DNA from: an uncultured Nitrospiraceae bacterium
Lineage (GTDB): Bacteria; Nitrospirota; Thermodesulfovibrionia; Thermodesulfovibrionales; SM23-35
DNA: 64,000 nucleotides
Assembly: GCA_963727775.1 (NCBI GenBank)
Contig: CAVSHB010000001.1
Span: 1,120,001 to 1,184,000 of the forward strand
Reading direction: 5' to 3'
Position 1 is the stretch's first letter, and the number at the start of each line of letters is the position of its first letter. The notes under the pieces are model-generated. The model ran no database searches, was not told where the DNA came from, and saw only the letters and a program-made list of their open reading frames with translations. Made by a program: the position numbers and the translations under genes. Below, piece by piece: positions 20,762-30,654 of the stretch.

Positions 20762-23416
20762 CTAATCTCCCCTTTGCCGCCATTTCACCGCCTCGACTGC
20801 GAAGAACACGATTGAGGACAATCCCAGCGCAATGAACAATTCATTACCGCTCAGCGACTCGGTTTTAAAGATTGGATTGAGTGAAGGTACATATATCGTT
20901 GCCATCTGGAAAATAAAACTTACAGCTAATGCCCCTAAGAGCGGCTTGTTCGACAGTGCCCCTATTTTGAATAATGATTCTTTGTCAGACCTGACCGCAA
21001 GGGCATTTCCAAGCTGCGACAGGCAAAGAACTGTAAATACCATCGTCTGCCAGTGACTGCCGTAAACATGAATAGACAACGCTTGAGTGAAAATAGCAAT
21101 GCCGGCCATAAGCAACCCTACCCATAAAGAATAAAAACCGAGGCCATGAGCGAATATGCTCTCCTTAGGATGTCTCGGAGGTCTTTGCATCACATCGCTC
21201 TCCTGCGGTTCAGCAGAAAGGGCAAGCGCGGGAAGTCCGTCAGTCATAAGGTTTATCCAGAGTATATGAACCGGCAGGAGCGGCAGCGGCAATCCGGCCA
21301 ATGGAGCAAGAAAAAGGGTCCAGACTTCTCCTGAATTGGATGATAAGAGATATTTGATAATCTTCCGGATATTGCTGTATATTTTTCTTCCCTCCCCTAT
21401 CGCTTTAACTATCGTGTAAAAATTATCGTCAAGAAGAACCATGTGCGCCGCCTCTTTTGCAACATCGGTTCCCGTTATGCCCATGGCAATGCCTATGTCC
21501 GACTTTTTTAATGCGGGGGCATCATTCACACCGTCTCCTGTCATAGCAACAAATTGCCCCTTATCCTGCAGGGCTTTGATTATCTTCAATTTCTGCTCGG
21601 GGGCCACCCGCGCATAGACTCTTATATATTCAACCCTTTCTTCAAATTCATCGGCAGATATTTCATTAAGGTCCCTGCCTGTGATTATCGACTCCGGGTC
21701 GTCCCCGGTTATGCCGAGTCTTTTAGCTATCGTACTTGCTGTAACAGGATGGTCACCGGTGATCATGACCGGTTTAATCCCGGCGGTCTTGCAAATCTCA
21801 ACAGCCGTTGCAGCTTCTTCTCGCGGCGGGTCTATCATACCGACGAGACCCAGGATAATAAGACCTGTTTCCACACTTCCGGATGATATTTCTTCAGGCA
21901 GCTCATCCCATTGCCTCATCGCAAAACATATGACCCTCAGTCCGTCGACAGCCATTTTGTCATTGACACTGAGGATTTCTCCTGCATTGATCTCCTTTAT
22001 GCCGCCGGATGTCAGCATCCTGTCGGCTTTTTCCAATATGGATTCTACTGCGCCTTTTGTGAAAGAAATGAATTGAAAGGGTTCACGTTTGAATGGGGCC
22101 TCATGTATCGTCGTCATGCATTTCCTTTGTGAATCAAAGGGGATCTCTGCAATCCTCGAAAATTCCTTTATAAGGAATTCCCTGCTAAAACCGGCATCCC
22201 GGACTATCGTATAAAGGGCCACTTCCGTCGGATCACCAATCACTTTACCGTCTTTATCGGCGGCGATATCGTTGCTGAGTGCCAAAGCTGTCATCAGCAA
22301 ATGGAATGGAGCCTGAGGCGCAGAATTATAAGTTCCTTCATTTCCGCGCTCCATGCTCCGCGCTGTGCTTATTTTTCCCAGGTGCCCGTCTGCATAAATC
22401 TCTTCAACAGTCATCCGGTTTTGTGTGAGCGTGCCTGTTTTGTCGGTGCAGATATATGTGACAGAGCCGAGGGTCTCAACAGCCGGAAGTTTTCTTATTA
22501 AAGCATTCTCCTTCACCATTTTTTTGGCTCCCAGCGCAAGAGAAATCGTCACAACCGCAGGGAGGGCCTCGGGTATCGCCGCAACAGCGAGGGAAAGCGC
22601 AGTCAGCAACATAAGGAGAGGCTGCTCTCCTCTAATAATGCCGACGCCAAAGATTACGCCGCAGATAATAATAATTGCAATGGAAAGTTTTTTTCCGAAT
22701 GCGGCAAGTCTTTTTTGCAGCGGTGTTTTTACTGTTTTTGCTTCCTGAAGCATCGTTGCGATCCTGCCGAGTTCGGTCTTCATACCGGTGGAAACGACAA
22801 TACCTTTGCCTCTGCCATAGGACACGATTGTACCCTTGAATACCATATTTCTCCTGTCGCCTATAGGGACGGTATCATCATGGAGAACTTCCGTATTCTT
22901 TTCGACAGAGAACGATTCCCCCGTCAATGCAGCTTCTTCGGTCCTTAGTTGCGCGGTTTCAAACAACCGCATGTCTGAAGGCACAATCCGGCCCGCCTCC
23001 AGTATCACAATATCGCCGGGAACAAGCTCAACGGCAGCCATAATTTTTGTCATACCATCTCTGACTACTGTCGCCGAAGGTGCGGCCATCTTCTTTAGAG
23101 CAGCCACTGCCTTTTCCGCCCTGTATTCCTGAACAAAGCCGATGACTGCATTCAGTATGACAATAACAATGATTGCAATCGTATCGGACAGCTCGCCCAC
23201 AATCCCAGATATTACCGCAGCGACAACAAGGACCAGTATCATGAAGTCCTTAAACTGGGCGAAAAATATTGAGGAAGGGTGTTTTCTCTTCTTTTCTTTC
23301 AGAATATTCGGACCGTATTCCCGCAGCCTTTTTTCAGACTCGTTTTCGGTCAGTCCGATAGGAGAAGAATCCAGCTCCTTAAAAATATCTTCTATGTCTT
23401 TTTGATGCCAGTTCAT
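20762..23416 (-). CDS. P-type cation (Ca2+-type) ATPase
   Basis: TGES, PEALP, DKTGTLT, GDGVNDAP. Confidence 0.95.
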   Translation of the reverse strand: MNWHQKDIEDIFKELDSSPIGLTENESEKRLREYGPNILKEKKRKHPSSIFFAQFKDFMILVLVVAAVISGIVGELSDTIAIIVIVILNAVIGFVQEYRAEKAVAALKKMAAPSATVVRDGMTKIMAAVELVPGDIVILEAGRIVPSDMRLFETAQLRTEEAALTGESFSVEKNTEVLHDDTVPIGDRRNMVFKGTIVSYGRGKGIVVSTGMKTELGRIATMLQEAKTVKTPLQKRLAAFGKKLSIAIIIICGVIFGVGIIRGEQPLLMLLTALSLAVAAIPEALPAVVTISLALGAKKMVKENALIRKLPAVETLGSVTYICTDKTGTLTQNRMTVEEIYADGHLGKISTARSMERGNEGTYNSAPQAPFHLLMTALALSNDIAADKDGKVIGDPTEVALYTIVRDAGFSREFLIKEFSRIAEIPFDSQRKCMTTIHEAPFKREPFQFISFTKGAVESILEKADRMLTSGGIKEINAGEILSVNDKMAVDGLRVICFAMRQWDELPEEISSGSVETGLIILGLVGMIDPPREEAATAVEICKTAGIKPVMITGDHPVTASTIAKRLGITGDDPESIITGRDLNEISADEFEERVEYIRVYARVAPEQKLKIIKALQDKGQFVAMTGDGVNDAPALKKSDIGIAMGITGTDVAKEAAHMVLLDDNFYTIVKAIGEGRKIYSNIRKIIKYLLSSNSGEVWTLFLAPLAGLPLPLLPVHILWINLMTDGLPALALSAEPQESDVMQRPPRHPKESIFAHGLGFYSLWVGLLMAGIAIFTQALSIHVYGSHWQTMVFTVLCLSQLGNALAVRSDKESLFKIGALSNKPLLGALAVSFIFQMATIYVPSLNPIFKTESLSGNELFIALGLSSIVFFAVEAVKWRQRGD

Positions 23417-23608
23417 TTTTTATTTCAGGTTACTTCTAACGATATCAGAGGAAGAACTCTGAATCAATCATTAATGAAATTATTGATTGTCTCACAATAG
23501 CAAAGATACAATTCATATGGTTGTCATTATACTGCTATGGTATGCTGCAATGAAAAAGTTGACTTTTCTGAGGGATGTAGTAGAATAAGTCTTATTAAGG
23601 AGGACAGC

Positions 23609-23734
23609 ATGAGCAAAGAAACCAACAAGCAAAAACCAAATGCAAAGAAAAAACCACAGCACACCCTGAAGGAAAAAAGACAAGCAAAAAAAGAAAAGAC
23701 TGAAGGTAAGCCGTTCCAAATAATGCCGAGTTAA
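23609..23734 (+). CDS. Small Lys-rich protein
   Basis: AAGGAGG RBS then MSKETNKQKPNAKKKPQHTLKEKRQAKKEK; followed by a terminator. Confidence 0.7.
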   Translation: MSKETNKQKPNAKKKPQHTLKEKRQAKKEKTEGKPFQIMPS

Positions 23735-23743
23735 ACTTATAAT

Positions 23744-23782
23744 GGGCAGGGCTATCCCGGTACCCATGACCTGCCCGTTTTT
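23744..23782 (+). terminator. Rho-independent terminator
   Basis: GGGCAGG...CCTGCCC stem followed by a T run. Confidence 0.55.
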
Positions 23783-23808
23783 ATTTTACCTTTCGAAAGT
23801 TTTAACTT

Positions 23809-25503
23809 CTATCTTATCTCAGGGATTGTAAAATAAAACGTCGAGCCTTTCCCAGGCTCTGACTCCACCCAGATGCGACCACCATGACGTTCCACAATCT
23901 TCTTGCAGATCGCAAGTCCTATGCCTGTGCCGGAATACTTTTCCCTTGTGTGCAAACGCTGGAAGATAACAAAAATACGATCAGCTTGTTTTGGATCGAT
24001 TCCTATACCGGTGTCCCGGATTAAAAAAATCCATTCATCTTCCTCTCGATGGGCTGAGATGTAAATTTTTAGTGGCTCCTGGTTTCGGAACTTGAGGGCA
24101 TTCCCGATTAAGTTCTGGAACAATCTGCTCAATTGTGCCTCCTCACCTATTACAGTCGGCAGGAGGTCGTATGTTACTTCAGCACCGCTTTCCTCAATAG
24201 CTGAACGAAGATTGTAAATAGCTTGTTCCAAGGCTACCGAGCAATTTACAGGACTGAAAGCTATGCCTTGTGCACTTACCTGTGAATATTCCAGCAAATC
24301 TTTAATGAGCATCTGCATTCTACCGGCACCATCAATGATATAATCGATAAACTCATCAGCCCTTTCATCAAACTTGCCTTTGTAACGCTTTTCCAAAAGC
24401 TTTGTGAAGCTTGCGATTCCACGTAAAGGCTCCTGCAGATCATGTGAAGCTACATAGGCGAACTGCTGCAAGTCTTCATTGGAACGTCTCAGTTCATCCG
24501 ACATCTTTTTCAATTCCTCAGTGCGCTTTTCTACTATTACTTCAAGGTGCTCACGGTATTTCTTCAATTCTTCATCAGTACGTTTGTGCTCAGCTCGTAC
24601 GCGGATACTCGAAATACAATAGGCAATATCATCTGCCATTTCCTTCAGCAGGGTGACTTCCTGCGTATCGAAGGCATCCGGTTCTACGGCATACATCATT
24701 ATTGTTCCAAGGGTTTGATCTTCAGCAATCAGGGGAATGGCTATGGACGAAGCATAGCCGCGTTTTAACGCTTCAACTCTCCACGGAACAAAATTTGGAT
24801 CAGTAGAAATATTTCTTGCTATGCAAGTCCTTCCCGTCCGAATAGCCGTACCCGTTGGGCCGCGACCCAGCTCACTGTCGGCCCAAGTGATGTTCAAAGA
24901 CTCAAGGTATCCTTCCTCGTACCCAGCTTGTGCTACAGGATGAACTATTTTTTCTGCCCCATGTTCGGCGAAACCCACCCATGCCATACGGTAACCACCG
25001 ACTTCTACAATTGTGCGACAAATGTCTCGTAAAAAATCAATCTCCACCGTAGCATGTACTATGATCTGGTTGCATTCGTAAAGCATTCTTAACGCACGGT
25101 TAGCCCTATTTATTTCTGCGGTCCGCTCCTGAACCCGCATTTCCAACTCATCGCGGGATTTGCGGAAAGCTCCTTCTAACTGCTTGCGTTCCGTGATATC
25201 CCTACCATAGATACGCAAGTGTCCTTTATTAGAAACGTAATAAATAGTCTGCTCATACCATAAATCATCGACCTCAACATCACGGACATGAGATTTTTTC
25301 TCTGTGAGTTCAAACTCACTAAATATAGAATCTAATCCTTTTAACCAGGGGTGGGTTGGTCCCTTCAACTCAATATCAGTGAACAACTTTTTTGTGGCCG
25401 CATTTGCATAGTAGACAATACCTTCCGCATCTACCTCAACAATAGGATTCGGATTAAGTTCGGGAAAAGAGGCGAGTTCATCGATGGGTATATTTGACTT
25501 CAA
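23809..25503 (-). CDS. PAS/GAF sensor histidine kinase
   Basis: FAYVASHDLQEPLR, FQRLHT, GTGIGLAICKKIV. Confidence 0.92.
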   Translation of the reverse strand: MKSNIPIDELASFPELNPNPIVEVDAEGIVYYANAATKKLFTDIELKGPTHPWLKGLDSIFSEFELTEKKSHVRDVEVDDLWYEQTIYYVSNKGHLRIYGRDITERKQLEGAFRKSRDELEMRVQERTAEINRANRALRMLYECNQIIVHATVEIDFLRDICRTIVEVGGYRMAWVGFAEHGAEKIVHPVAQAGYEEGYLESLNITWADSELGRGPTGTAIRTGRTCIARNISTDPNFVPWRVEALKRGYASSIAIPLIAEDQTLGTIMMYAVEPDAFDTQEVTLLKEMADDIAYCISSIRVRAEHKRTDEELKKYREHLEVIVEKRTEELKKMSDELRRSNEDLQQFAYVASHDLQEPLRGIASFTKLLEKRYKGKFDERADEFIDYIIDGAGRMQMLIKDLLEYSQVSAQGIAFSPVNCSVALEQAIYNLRSAIEESGAEVTYDLLPTVIGEEAQLSRLFQNLIGNALKFRNQEPLKIYISAHREEDEWIFLIRDTGIGIDPKQADRIFVIFQRLHTREKYSGTGIGLAICKKIVERHGGRIWVESEPGKGSTFYFTIPEIR

Positions 25504-25683
25504 TTTTTCCTCTGTTTTTTACCTGTCTTGTTTCTCTCGTGTTTTCGGCGCCTTCAATTTGTGCTGTCTATCCCTGTTTTTTTATCGTGCAAAGAGAAAA
25601 CTGCAAAGGGTATCTAAGGGTAGCTTTTTTTTTCTTCGTAGCGGTCATCCGGATACCGAAACCGCGTAAATCCTTGACAATGC

Positions 25684-25770
25684 TGGTACCGAAGGCCGGA
25701 CTTGAACCGGCACATGGTTGCCCACGAGGGATTTTAAGTCCCTTGCGTCTACCAATTCCGCCACTTCGGC
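25684..25770 (-). tRNA. tRNA-Leu(TAA)
   Basis: GCCGAAGTGGCGGAATTGGTAGACGCAAGGGACTTAAAATCCCT...GGTTCAAGTCCGGCCTTCGGTACCA; 87 nt with long variable arm and encoded CCA. Confidence 0.97.
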
Positions 25771-25779
25771 ACAGTTGAT
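25731..25779. repeat. att site overlapping the intact tRNA
   Basis: ATTTTAAGTCCCTTGCGTCTACCAATTCCGCCACTTCGGCACAGTTGAT, identical at 32331-32379. Confidence 0.92.
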
Positions 25780-25807
25780 ATTAAAGGATTTTCAGGCATC
25801 CAGTCAA
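25778..25807 (-). promoter_or_regulatory. Element-supplied sigma70-like promoter for tRNA-Leu
   Basis: TTGACT-N18-TAATAT, 7 nt before the tRNA 5' end; same geometry as the host promoter at 32378-32407. Confidence 0.65.
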
Positions 25808-25814
25808 CCTTCAT

Positions 25815-26810
25815 TTAGCCAAATGTAGCAGAATTGTAGCAGGTATCGAGTACCTCAACACTTGATCTCAAACTTTCAGGATAGTGATGTGCATATCTCA
25901 TGGTCATGGTAATAGTTTTATGACCAAGCAACTCTTTAACCTTATACAAATCTACTCCATTCTGAACAAGCCTTGTTGCAAAAGTGTGTCTCAGATCATG
26001 AAATCGAAAATCCTCTAACTTTGCTTTCTCAGCGGTCTTATCAAACGCATGCCTTAAACTACTGCCGGAGATCGGAAAAACTCTACCAGAGATATCCCTG
26101 ACGGTCATACTCTTAAAAAGATTAACAAGAGTGTTAGACATAGGGATGCTTCTCTTTTCACCGTTCTTTGACTTTACAATTCTAATGAGTCTATTCAACA
26201 GGTCAACATTTTGCCATCTCAGATCAAGAATCTCACCTCTTCGCATACCAGTGTGCAAGGCAACCATTAGTAACGATCTTAACCAATCGGGATTTGTCGC
26301 TTTCTCTAACAGAAGTTTTTCTTCTTCTATTGTGAGCCATCTGTCTCTTGCATTCCTGTTACCAACCGAAAAAGATAATCTGCTTACCGGATTATCCTTG
26401 CACCATTCCCACTCTTTGATAGCAACATTGAACATTCTTCTTAGTAAAGCCAATTCCTGATAAACTGTAGCAGGCTTAACCGTTTTAAGACGCATACTCC
26501 GATACTCAGCAATAGCCTTGGTCTTGATTTGATAAATCACATAGCCTGAAAAGAAATTGAGAAGTGTTTTCACAGTTCGTGAATCTCTTGAGTGAGCATG
26601 TTCTTTAAGGTATTTATCTGTCATGTCCTGAAATTGAATAGTCTTTGCTTTTGCTGTCTCAAAGTATCTGCCTTCTACAATATCAGTAAGAACTTTTGCA
26701 TAGAGTTTTTCAGCAAGCTTTTTGTTATCAGTCTTGAAGGATTCCTGAATCCTATTACCCTGATACGATATTCTAAACCAGAAGAATTTACCTCTACGGT
26801 AAAGTCCCAT
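25815..26810 (-). CDS. int: Tyrosine recombinase/integrase
   Basis: HTGMRRGEI, FHDLRHTFAT, LLGH...MTMRYAH catalytic motifs. Confidence 0.95.
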   Translation of the reverse strand: MGLYRRGKFFWFRISYQGNRIQESFKTDNKKLAEKLYAKVLTDIVEGRYFETAKAKTIQFQDMTDKYLKEHAHSRDSRTVKTLLNFFSGYVIYQIKTKAIAEYRSMRLKTVKPATVYQELALLRRMFNVAIKEWEWCKDNPVSRLSFSVGNRNARDRWLTIEEEKLLLEKATNPDWLRSLLMVALHTGMRRGEILDLRWQNVDLLNRLIRIVKSKNGEKRSIPMSNTLVNLFKSMTVRDISGRVFPISGSSLRHAFDKTAEKAKLEDFRFHDLRHTFATRLVQNGVDLYKVKELLGHKTITMTMRYAHHYPESLRSSVEVLDTCYNSATFG

Positions 26811-26815
26811 ATTTA

Positions 26816-27037
26816 CTAACCCCCTTTCCTGGGACTTCTGGCCTGGGTAAAAGGATTATAACTTGAGACAGCATCCTTTTTACAAGACTTTAGCCAGTTC
26901 ATGATATCCTCTATGTCAAACCTCAGACAGCCATTAAGCTTGATACACGGTATTTGCCCTAACTCCGCCCACTGATAAAGCGTACAAGGCTTCACGTTTA
27001 GAATTTCTGCTACTTCCTTGACTCCCGCAAGTTTCAC
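26816..27037 (-). CDS. Excisionase-like helix-turn-helix protein
   Basis: VKEVAEILNVKPCTLYQWAELGQIPCIKL...LRF; adjacent to int. Confidence 0.85.
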   Translation of the reverse strand: MKLAGVKEVAEILNVKPCTLYQWAELGQIPCIKLNGCLRFDIEDIMNWLKSCKKDAVSSYNPFTQARSPRKGG

Positions 27038-27136
27038 AGAATACCTCTTGAGAAGAATATCCCGGCTTTTACGAAGAAACTGTAAAAACCGGCTTCGCCA
27101 AATGCGCTGTAATCGATTTTCTTAGAGCGATCCATA

Positions 27137-28318
27137 CTAATCATTGCCTTCTAAAGGTTCTTCTTTTTCATCGGCAAGATTCAGCAAGTCCGATACCGGC
27201 AGTTGATAATATTTGTTTCCCTCACTCATATCGAGAGAAAAATCATCAGGGACACCTTTATCCAGAAAACCTATTGTCTCATTGCCTTCCTTCGCTATTA
27301 AGGAAATCTTAACTTCTCGAAATGCTTTTAACGCTCTGTAATATGACCTTCTTGGCATCTGCTGTTTAACCCACTTTTGTCCTTGAGTTATGATTAGTAG
27401 ATAGACGTGATGGAATGCCCGACTCTGCTTATCAGAGAATCTTCTCATAAGATGCTGTAATACAGCTTCTGACTCCATGATTTTTGTTTCTGTTCCACAG
27501 AGAATCTGTGATACAACGCGTTTCATTTCTTCCTCGAAATGAAATATTTTCATTAAGTCTTTCAGGCGGACATACCCGGCAAATTTCTCTAAAAGGACGG
27601 TGTTTTCTCTTTCGTACTCTTTAACCACATAGGCAATTCGCTTTCTATGTTCTACCTCCACCCTTAATATTTTCATTGCCTCTTCGTAGAGCATTTGCGC
27701 AGTGGTACCATCGGCAATGTTCTTCATGTCATGTTTCTTGAACTCTTCACCCTTGCAATAAACCTTTAAGGTGTTATGTCTCGAAGCGAAGAATAGCCCC
27801 GTATCTTCATAACTATTCTTAAACCTCCGTGGATAATTTAATCTTTGAAGATAGTTGATATAATTCCTGACTTGAACTTCATTTTCTAAAACGTAATTTG
27901 CACAGGTATCAATTCGGAAACAATACCACTCTGTGGGGCATGGCAAACTGACTCCATACATTGTTTCAAATGCTTCTTTGACCTTATGCGCTGACGCATA
28001 AATAAGGGAAGGGTGAACAGATACCATATTGTGACCGAAAAGAATTTTAGGTACTGAATATTCAAAGGATATATGGGGAATGCCAGAAGCTTTATATGGG
28101 TGCCTTCTTTCTCTGTCATAAGTCCAGTACTCCTCTGTGACCTTGAAGAGCACATTATAATTCCATGAGGCAGACCTAAAATCTACTCTTGCATTGTTAT
28201 ATTCAAAAAGTACATCACCTTCTTGCATATCTATTCTTGTGGTAAGAACCGCATTCTCTAACAAACGGGTATACGCTTCTCTGTCTATGATCACCTTGAA
28301 ACCTACTGTATCGATCAT
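27137..28318 (-). CDS. Phage/plasmid rolling-circle replication protein (gene II/X, Rep_trans-like)
   Basis: MIDTV start, SVPKILFGHN, RIDTCANY, LKVYCKGEE, ILRVEVE motifs. Confidence 0.8.
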   Translation of the reverse strand: MIDTVGFKVIIDREAYTRLLENAVLTTRIDMQEGDVLFEYNNARVDFRSASWNYNVLFKVTEEYWTYDRERRHPYKASGIPHISFEYSVPKILFGHNMVSVHPSLIYASAHKVKEAFETMYGVSLPCPTEWYCFRIDTCANYVLENEVQVRNYINYLQRLNYPRRFKNSYEDTGLFFASRHNTLKVYCKGEEFKKHDMKNIADGTTAQMLYEEAMKILRVEVEHRKRIAYVVKEYERENTVLLEKFAGYVRLKDLMKIFHFEEEMKRVVSQILCGTETKIMESEAVLQHLMRRFSDKQSRAFHHVYLLIITQGQKWVKQQMPRRSYYRALKAFREVKISLIAKEGNETIGFLDKGVPDDFSLDMSEGNKYYQLPVSDLLNLADEKEEPLEGND

Positions 28319-28730
28319 AGAGTGTCACCCATGGCAGTTTCGTCCGGTGTTACTATACTACCGGACGTTCTATAACCAGCAATTACGCTTATACCGACAC
28401 AAGGGCAAACGCAAACCTTTCGGTTCTTGCGTTTGCCCTTGTAGTGCGTATCCAATCGTATTGCCGACGTGGCTTCCAACTGTTCAGCGATCCGCGAAAC
28501 AATTATGCGTCCTGTTGGTTTCGCAGCATCCACGATGAGCGTCTGAGGGTCATCTATCCACCGACGGGGACGACCGGGTTTTGCCTCTAAGTGAAGGTGA
28601 TCTATTCCCCTGCTATGACTTAGACTTGATTGGTGTTTCTTTTTGCTGTCCATAATAAATGATTTTAGACAACGGATAGGGCAGGACATAAGGACATGAA
28701 AAAAGATTTTGATGTCCCTATTTCAGAGGA

Positions 28731-29492
28731 TTATTGTTTCTCGTTGAATAGTGGCTTGATTTCTCTTTTAATTAACTTTTTGTACGTATCGGGAGAGAAC
28801 GGAACTTCTAAGCCGACATGATCGAGCAGTTCCATTTGTTGCTGATAGGTGAGCTTACTAAATACTGTTTCCCAAAATAATACCAATATAAGCTTTAATT
28901 TACCTTGCTTGTGTTTACTGATGGGCGGTTCACTTTTTATCGCATCCCCCAGTTTTTCAAAAAAAATGGAGTCACCAATAAGCATTTCTTGAAATATTAC
29001 TTCTCTAAACCATTCATGATCAAAAAGCGTTTTATCATATCTAAGAAGTTTGAATAGTGATTCTTCATTTCCTTCCCGTACTTCTTGATAAAGTTCTATT
29101 AGGGATTTCTTTTCAAGTAATTTGCAGATGAAGTTTAAAAATTGGAAAGTCGAAAAAATACGCGTCTCCGGTGTCACCCCTTTTTCCATTTCACCTTCAA
29201 ATATATCCTGTTCATTTATAGCAGTTGAGATATCAGGGATATTCTGGCTACTCAGGGAGGTAAATATATCCATGAATTGTGTGAGCTGTTCATCTTCAAT
29301 ATTAACCCTTTCCTCTTCACTGTAAAAAGGTTTAAAGCTTTTAATGGAACTATTTTTTATTTGTTCAATAAAGTCCTTGGATGCTTCTTCACCGGGGTCG
29401 TCGATATCTTCAAGACCTTCAAGAAAGCCTTTTATAATCGCCGCTAAGACAGGATCAACTTTTTGTTTCCGTGAGACCTGTTTTCTTTTCAT
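28731..29492 (-). CDS. Hypothetical protein of the integrative element
   Basis: 253-aa ORF co-oriented with rep; no family recognised. Confidence 0.7.
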   Translation of the reverse strand: MKRKQVSRKQKVDPVLAAIIKGFLEGLEDIDDPGEEASKDFIEQIKNSSIKSFKPFYSEEERVNIEDEQLTQFMDIFTSLSSQNIPDISTAINEQDIFEGEMEKGVTPETRIFSTFQFLNFICKLLEKKSLIELYQEVREGNEESLFKLLRYDKTLFDHEWFREVIFQEMLIGDSIFFEKLGDAIKSEPPISKHKQGKLKLILVLFWETVFSKLTYQQQMELLDHVGLEVPFSPDTYKKLIKREIKPLFNEKQ

Positions 29493-29692
29493 GCAACATT
29501 ATAGCAAATCTTTTTCTGATTCCACGTTGCGAACTTCACCTACAAGTTAGTACAGTCAAGAAGATACACAACCTGAAGATTTCCGTTATAAATGAACAGA
29601 TAACGTTTCTTGTCCAAAAGAAGCAAAAAGGGTTTTAATAGTTGTCTTTTGCGCTATGTTAACCGTTCATAGCATACAATAAATAAAACCTG

Positions 29693-30649
29693 TCACCTAA
29701 AAATACTGTCTATCATGGATTGACAACAAGTAGGGAACTTTATCTTTACGGTATCAATAAGAGCGTCCAGACCAGTATTACGATCAATCGAAATTTCCGT
29801 TGTAATATATTTAGACCAAACTGTTTCAAAATATTTTGAATATGAGGTATACACATCAATTCCTCTTTCATAACGAGCTACTGGACCTAAATCATTACCT
29901 CTTTGACTTTCATAATAGGATAGAAATAAGTTACTATCATTGGGTAATTCCATACGGAAAAGTAATATCTCGTTATGAAATCGAAATGCAAAGCTATATC
30001 TATCATGTATTTTACATAATCTGTATGCCTTATATATATTCTCAATTATTTCTATTCTTAAATCATCTGATGTTTTATTTTCATGATAATTTTTCATTTG
30101 TGTTGATCTGTGATCTAAATTAATCTGATCCGTGGGATTCAAAAGCAACAAGAGTATTGAGAATGGTGTTCTGTCATTTGCTATATCTTCCCGTATTAAT
30201 CTTTTATTCAAAAGGTAATTTGCTGAAATGGACATGAATTTTAAAGTTGACGAAATTTTCATGTAAGAAACATAATGATCTTCAAATTGTTTTTCCGCTC
30301 CCCAATAAATATACGCAGGTGATAATAAATTTCTTGCTGATCTAAATTTATTAAATTCATCAGATACATTTTTGGTAACCATCGTAGAAACATCTTCAGA
30401 CAAAGTTTTTTCGATGGTTTTGTTTTGGATTTTTTGTATAAAAGCAGTCACAAATATAGCACTGCCTGTGGATAATAAGATTGAGGCGATAAATGTGTCT
30501 TTAAAAATTAAGTACCAAGATAAACCCAAAAAAATGATTAGCAAAGCAGAGATGGTAGCTCTTTGCCAATAAATTATTGTACGGCCATCTTTAAGCTCTT
30601 TTTTAGCTCCCTCATTTCTTTCTGGTAAAGTCGCATTATTATTTGACAT
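29693..30649 (-). CDS. 2-TM membrane protein with soluble C-terminal domain (DUF5919/PLD-like by pattern)
   Basis: Two hydrophobic helices at about aa 30-70; pattern ILLLLLNP...FRFH...FRMEL...LFLSYY...P...YSKYFETVW; starts 5 nt after the radical SAM stop. Confidence 0.7.
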   Translation of the reverse strand: MSNNNATLPERNEGAKKELKDGRTIIYWQRATISALLIIFLGLSWYLIFKDTFIASILLSTGSAIFVTAFIQKIQNKTIEKTLSEDVSTMVTKNVSDEFNKFRSARNLLSPAYIYWGAEKQFEDHYVSYMKISSTLKFMSISANYLLNKRLIREDIANDRTPFSILLLLLNPTDQINLDHRSTQMKNYHENKTSDDLRIEIIENIYKAYRLCKIHDRYSFAFRFHNEILLFRMELPNDSNLFLSYYESQRGNDLGPVARYERGIDVYTSYSKYFETVWSKYITTEISIDRNTGLDALIDTVKIKFPTCCQSMIDSIFR

Positions 30650-30654
30650 GAGTT

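Noticed and set aside
28315..28689. 124-aa ORF upstream of rep
   Set aside because: No recognisable motif and it overlaps the hairpin-rich putative origin; probably non-coding
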